Positions 24,544 to 29,078 of a stretch of DNA of 29,078 nt are shown here, piece by piece. Within the stretch, counting starts at the first letter, position 1, and each line of letters starts with the position of its first letter. The translations under genes were made by a program, and so were the position numbers. This stretch comes from a virus (Duplodnaviria; Caudoviricetes). The stretch is from IMG/VR virus record IMGVR_UViG_3300037419_000157, positions 1 to 29,078 of that record, one strand, 5' to 3'. Below the pieces are notes generated by a model that was not told where the DNA came from, did no database searches, and saw only the letters and a program-made list of their open reading frames with translations.

Positions 24544-27521
24544 TAAGCCGTGACCGCCTTATGGACAATGAAGTTAATTACCGGAGACTCTGTCGCGGTT
24601 CCACTAACTGCTGAGACTGATAGGTTGAAGGAACCAGCAGCAACTGCGGTGACAAGGACGTTATACAGATTAGCCCCAGATTTTTGTGAGACTTCAATGA
24701 CGTCCGTTGCGGCAACTGACGAATTAGTGACAGTGAAAGTATTGTATGTCGAAGAACCCGCCGCTGAAACAAGTGTAATTGCACCACATATCTTATTGAT
24801 AGTAACACCGGTCGTTCTACTAGTAATCTGAGTAACTGTTCCACCGGCACCTGTGGCGTAGCCAATCCCCGCTGATGCAGAACTGGAAGTAATGGCGCCA
24901 GTGGCGGCGACACTCGATGGAGTAATGGCACCGAGAGTGAAAGTAAGGTTACCGCTTGCCAGAGAAGCCGAGACACCATTGGCAGTCGTGACACCAATTA
25001 CTGCATCAGCCCAAACCGGATTGGCAGCAGCTCCCTGCGTCTTCAGGAACTGTCCCGACGTACCGGTTGCGAGAACAGACCAGCCCGACGCGCCACGATA
25101 GAGGATTTGCCCTTGGGTCGCTCCGATCCAGTCAAGGACTTGAGAAGCTGTGACCTCTTCCGGATCGCCAGCGCCCGCAGTATTGCGTCCGACAACTCTC
25201 TGGGTAGCAGATACATCCTGCATCTTCGCGTAGGTGACGGCGTTAGCCGCAATCGTGGTAGCCAGCGAACCAGCAGACTTGGTTATGTCGCCTGTGAATG
25301 CGCCAAGCTGAAGCGTCGTGCCGGAGAACGAGTGATCGGCAGCTAGGGTAATTCCCTGAGCGTTAGCCAAAGAACCCGTAGGATTGCCTACTAGGCTGGA
25401 TGCCGCGACTTGCTGAAACTTAGCGTAAGTAACTGCATTAGCCGCAATCGTGGTAGCCAGCGAGGCACCCGCAGTCGTTACGTCACCCGTGAGAGCGGGA
25501 AACGACGCAGCCTGAAGGACACCAGACGAGTTAAAGGCAGTTACTGCACCGACTTTAAAGACACCAGTGTTAACAGTAAAGCCTGTTCCATCTGCTGTAT
25601 TGAACACGACAGAGTGAGCGGCATTTCGATGTACAATCGAATCAGCCGAAAGATAACCCCCTCCACCGCCCGCTTGAAGCTGAAGACCTAGTGCCGTAGA
25701 ATTGTTCTGTCCATTCAAATTCAAGAATGAATAGGAAATTGCCGCGCCGGGAGTGAGATTGATAGTCGGATTGTCGGTATTATCACCAAGCTGAAGGGTT
25801 GTTCCATTGACAGTGACAGTACCGTCAATGGTTCTAGTCATCTGTTCAACGCCGTTAATAGTGACACTGCCATATTTAGTTGAGCCAGTTAAATCAAAAA
25901 CAGCTCCGCCTGACGTAGTGAAAAAGTTGCGTCCCTCGAACTTACCACGCGGATAGTTTGTAGCTGTGGCATTTCGCTGAGCGAAGCGGCAGTCACGGTA
26001 AATACACTGACCCGAAAAAGGTCCAGCTAGAGTAGGATGATCTTCACTGTCGAACGTACAGGCGTTGAACAGAACATTAAGGTCAGACTCTGACCCGCAA
26101 TCTACGGCGGAGTGACTTCCACCGGGATCATAAACAACCCCAGTTGGCGAGCGACTCAGTCCTTGTACGAACTTACAGTTGTGGAATTGCGTTGCCTTCC
26201 AGTGGTCGGTGTTACCACGAATGTGGACTACCGCACCAGTAAACTGGCAATCGTAGAATCTGTGACGATTTCCCGCAGCCCAAAGTGCCCAACCAGTCGT
26301 ACCGATAAATGTGCTGTCATGGGCTTCGACGTCTTCTACCTTGTAGGTACCTTCGACGGTTAGAAGCGCAACGCCGGTGTTGTTTTCAAATCGACAGTTG
26401 TAGTAGCGAACCTTTCGGATTTCGCCAACTTCAGCTTCCATGTCAACACCGGCTCCCGGCGCTGAAGTAACTGCACCGTTCTTCCCAGTGTGGGAGAAGT
26501 CGCAGTTGTAGGCATAGAAGCCGCTGCCTCCGACATTCGACCATCCCTGCCGACCATTATAAAGGCTACGGCAGTTGCGAAGAATGACAGGATAGTGTTT
26601 ACTCTCAGTTTCGGCGTCCGTTATGGCATTCCAGCTCATCCCGCCGTCTTGGCCAAAGTGGTGACAGTAGATATTCTCTATGATTACAGGAGACGTGTTA
26701 CTGTCGAGCGTGAAGCCGCTATATCCAATCTGATAGCCTGTGTCACCCCATTGACCACCAATAGTCTGACTATTGATGTTTCCATCTAGTTCTCCATTAG
26801 AAATTGCGACACCACCGGAACAATTCTTAACACGAATCATTCCGAAGAAAGGAGAAGCGGCATACGTAGCATCGTAAAAAGGCAACGTGGGATTGTATAC
26901 GTTACCACCGGCATCGAAAGAGCCGTATTTAATTCCAGACTTACACTTAATCTTTGCGCCATTCATTCGAATGACGACACCCTTTGTGCAACCGTTTAGA
27001 TCAAGAGGATAGGCCGCAACGGGGGCATATCTGTAGGTACCACCACCGGGAACGGAACCATTTAGAATCTGACTACCGACGATGTAAGTCGCGTTAGCCC
27101 TCAGCTCAATAATACCACCACCCTGTGCATTAAAGGCAGTAGACAAGGCTGCAAATGCAGCGGTGTCGTCAGTTACTCCATCTCCTACGGCATCGAACAT
27201 CTCGGGAGTAAGAGCGTCTGTTTGAGCGATAGGATCAAGGAAGTCAGTAGTGACTACCGAAACGAAGGGGTCTTCATCTTGAATCTCCCCTGAGTCAAGG
27301 ATGATATAAACACGAATGTCGCCGACGTAACTGTAGTACAGCGGAGGAATAGCAGCCCCCGCTGACAGGACATACGGATTGGCAACCGGAATTGTGAAAT
27401 CCGGATCGGCATAAAGATTGACTTTGGTCGTGGTACCTGACCGATAGACGTAAATCGATGCCCCGTCAGAGACACCATTAAGGTCAAGAACTCGATTAGG
27501 AATGTAAACTAGACGTGTCAT
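24543..27521 (-). CDS. Tailspike/tail fibre with parallel beta-helix (putative depolymerase)
   Basis: N-terminal anchor VYRSGTTTKVNLYAD, then FDAVGDGVTDDTAAF pectate-lyase-3-like entry motif, beta-helix repeats and Ala/Thr fibre repeats. Confidence 0.85.
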   Translation of the reverse strand: MTRLVYIPNRVLDLNGVSDGASIYVYRSGTTTKVNLYADPDFTIPVANPYVLSAGAAIPPLYYSYVGDIRVYIILDSGEIQDEDPFVSVVTTDFLDPIAQTDALTPEMFDAVGDGVTDDTAAFAALSTAFNAQGGGIIELRANATYIVGSQILNGSVPGGGTYRYAPVAAYPLDLNGCTKGVVIRMNGAKIKCKSGIKYGSFDAGGNVYNPTLPFYDATYAASPFFGMIRVKNCSGGVAISNGELDGNINSQTIGGQWGDTGYQIGYSGFTLDSNTSPVIIENIYCHHFGQDGGMSWNAITDAETESKHYPVILRNCRSLYNGRQGWSNVGGSGFYAYNCDFSHTGKNGAVTSAPGAGVDMEAEVGEIRKVRYYNCRFENNTGVALLTVEGTYKVEDVEAHDSTFIGTTGWALWAAGNRHRFYDCQFTGAVVHIRGNTDHWKATQFHNCKFVQGLSRSPTGVVYDPGGSHSAVDCGSESDLNVLFNACTFDSEDHPTLAGPFSGQCIYRDCRFAQRNATATNYPRGKFEGRNFFTTSGGAVFDLTGSTKYGSVTINGVEQMTRTIDGTVTVNGTTLQLGDNTDNPTINLTPGAAISYSFLNLNGQNNSTALGLQLQAGGGGGYLSADSIVHRNAAHSVVFNTADGTGFTVNTGVFKVGAVTAFNSSGVLQAASFPALTGDVTTAGASLATTIAANAVTYAKFQQVAASSLVGNPTGSLANAQGITLAADHSFSGTTLQLGAFTGDITKSAGSLATTIAANAVTYAKMQDVSATQRVVGRNTAGAGDPEEVTASQVLDWIGATQGQILYRGASGWSVLATGTSGQFLKTQGAAANPVWADAVIGVTTANGVSASLASGNLTFTLGAITPSSVAATGAITSSSASAGIGYATGAGGTVTQITSRTTGVTINKICGAITLVSAAGSSTYNTFTVTNSSVAATDVIEVSQKSGANLYNVLVTAVAAGSFNLSVSAVSGTATESPVINFIVHKAVTA
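25243..25463. repeat. 26-bp exact direct repeat inside the tailspike gene
   Basis: TTAGCCGCAATCGTGGTAGCCAGCGA at 25243-25268 and 25438-25463, within duplicated SLATTIAANAVTYAK. Confidence 0.85.
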
Positions 27522-27533
27522 CTTTATCCTTAA

Positions 27534-29078
27534 TTAAAAATTGCCGTAAGCAGCGCCGCCGCTGTTGAAGCCAACGAATACACGTCCTTGTGTATTTCTG
27601 TCACCAACAAGTGTCTGGATATAGAACGGGTTATTTACTGGAAATCTGCCCAACAGCTCAGGATTTGTTGCGAAGAAGTCCTTGCTGCGATAAATACCGG
27701 AAACGCCGTTGACCTTGCCGTTGAAGTAGACCGCCGGGAAAGTTGTCCCGCTGTAACCGACTCCGCAATCGACCTGATGAACGTTGTCGATCACACCTGA
27801 ACCAAGCGTCGTCCAGCTGCTGGTTGTGTCGTTGGCTAGATATTTGAGCTTGCTGTTGAAGTCCGGGAAGCCCTGCCCGCCGCAGTAAAGCAACTGACCC
27901 GCTTTGCCGTCGATATACTTGAGCTTGCACTCCCAGAACTGTGCGCTGTCTGCCCCCGTGCTGCCGTCGATCACTCCGGTTAACGTGCGGGTCCAGTTAG
28001 CCCCGTGGTCGGTTGTTCTGAAAACGCCTGCTGAAATGCTTTGGTTGCTGTTGTTAACGACTATCGAGGCCACACCGGGAGTCTGCTTGTCGCTCGCCGC
28101 TGGGTAGCGCCGCGTCCACAGCGAGTTAATCCAGTTGGTAATACCCCCGGATGATCCGCCCATGTTGATGTAGGACCAAGTTGCCCCGCCGTCAGCTGAT
28201 CGAACTGCCTTAGCGTTGTTACCGGGTATCCAAATGATCTTTGCGGTTGCGCCGGTTCCCCCAGTGCAAATGATTTGGCCACCGAATACCACACCGTCAG
28301 GATGCTGCGCGGCGAAGGTGTGCCATGTTTGACCACCGTCGGTCGAGTATCCGCTGATCTGCTGGTCGCTGCCGCAAATCGCTACAATGTAATTCGTGTC
28401 ATCAGGCGAATAATCGATACTGGTACAGTGGTTGATCTTTAGGTTGATCGCCCCACCATCCGGGAAGAACGGGATCGCCCGTGGAAAGTCGAAGTTTGTG
28501 ATCCGAACGAGGCCTTTGTCTGCAAACCCGAACAGGGGTTTTGCATTGCCGGGGATCGAGAGGCCGGCGAGAACGCCCAGCTCTTCGTTGCCGAGAGAGT
28601 CATCGTACCATGTCGTTGCGCCATAGACCGAGGGCGGGTTCCCGCGAGCCATGCCGGTTCCGTGAAAGATATAAAGATCGTTAGTCTGTCCGGGACGATA
28701 CTGAAGCTTTGCTGGAAAGAACCCTTGCGTGAACCCACCAAGCCACGGAACGTTAGTGGCGGTGTGATAAATGCCGTTAGCCGGGAAAGTATCGAGAATG
28801 GAGCCACCGCCAAGCCAGCTTGAGCCACCGTCGGTACTAATTCCGATAGGACCGTTGGCATCCATGACGACCAGCGAGTTTTCGTTCGCGGGATCGACGG
28901 CGAAGGTTCCTGCCTGAAAGCTCGATAGCGCCGCCAGCGAAATCTGCGTCCACGTCGTCCCTGATCCGCGAGCGATCTTGTAGAGGGTGTTTTGGTAAGT
29001 CATCACCCACAACACGCCGGTCGGGGTGACTTGCATCGCAACGGCGGAAATCGGACCGGGCGTAATCAGGGTGTAGGG
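27534..29078 (-). CDS. Asp-box (BNR) beta-propeller protein, GH74/sialidase-like, 5'-truncated by the window
   Basis: STDGGSSW, STDGGQTW, SADGGATW and TTDHGANW Asp-boxes, G.EE motif, and GRVFVG.N.GG ending. The frame is open to base 29078. Confidence 0.78.
   Translation of the reverse strand, partial: PYTLITPGPISAVAMQVTPTGVLWVMTYQNTLYKIARGSGTTWTQISLAALSSFQAGTFAVDPANENSLVVMDANGPIGISTDGGSSWLGGGSILDTFPANGIYHTATNVPWLGGFTQGFFPAKLQYRPGQTNDLYIFHGTGMARGNPPSVYGATTWYDDSLGNEELGVLAGLSIPGNAKPLFGFADKGLVRITNFDFPRAIPFFPDGGAINLKINHCTSIDYSPDDTNYIVAICGSDQQISGYSTDGGQTWHTFAAQHPDGVVFGGQIICTGGTGATAKIIWIPGNNAKAVRSADGGATWSYINMGGSSGGITNWINSLWTRRYPAASDKQTPGVASIVVNNSNQSISAGVFRTTDHGANWTRTLTGVIDGSTGADSAQFWECKLKYIDGKAGQLLYCGGQGFPDFNSKLKYLANDTTSSWTTLGSGVIDNVHQVDCGVGYSGTTFPAVYFNGKVNGVSGIYRSKDFFATNPELLGRFPVNNPFYIQTLVGDRNTQGRVFVGFNSGGAAYGNF

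Noticed and set aside
1-29078. Stop-codon reassignment (alternative genetic code)
   Set aside because: Genes tile densely and intact under the standard code. TAA, TGA and TAG all end plausible genes.

Overview
The window is a 29-kb internal fragment of a lytic, podovirus-like dsDNA phage with two convergent arms. They meet at a bidirectional intrinsic terminator (~13518-13559). The + strand arm (1-13.5 kb) holds the end of a phiEco32/LUZ24-type peptide-ligase cluster (amidoligase plus ATP-grasp) and many small ORFs. It continues with a T7-gp4-like primase-helicase, a family A DNA polymerase, an SSB, a Cas4-like nuclease, endonuclease VII and an RNase H-fold exonuclease. It ends with nucleotide-pool enzymes (dCMP deaminase, NDT-like, DUF6378-like, MazG-like). 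Two perfect sigma70 promoters drive this arm. The - strand arm (13.6-29 kb) has P22-like virion genes: an Asp-box propeller, a beta-helix tailspike, gp4-, gp10-, gp26- and gp14-like genes, and three ejection proteins. A lysis cassette follows and ends in a signal-peptide-bearing trypsin-like protease. Four observations stand out. First, the polymerase has several normally invariant active-site residues replaced (steric-gate E>Q, motif B R>K and Y>M, motif 6 N>P). Second, its true 5' end has no ATG/GTG/TTG and appears to start at ATC. Third, most core replication genes have non-AUG starts. Fourth, a protease sits where spanins usually are. All calls come from reading motifs by eye; no searches were run.
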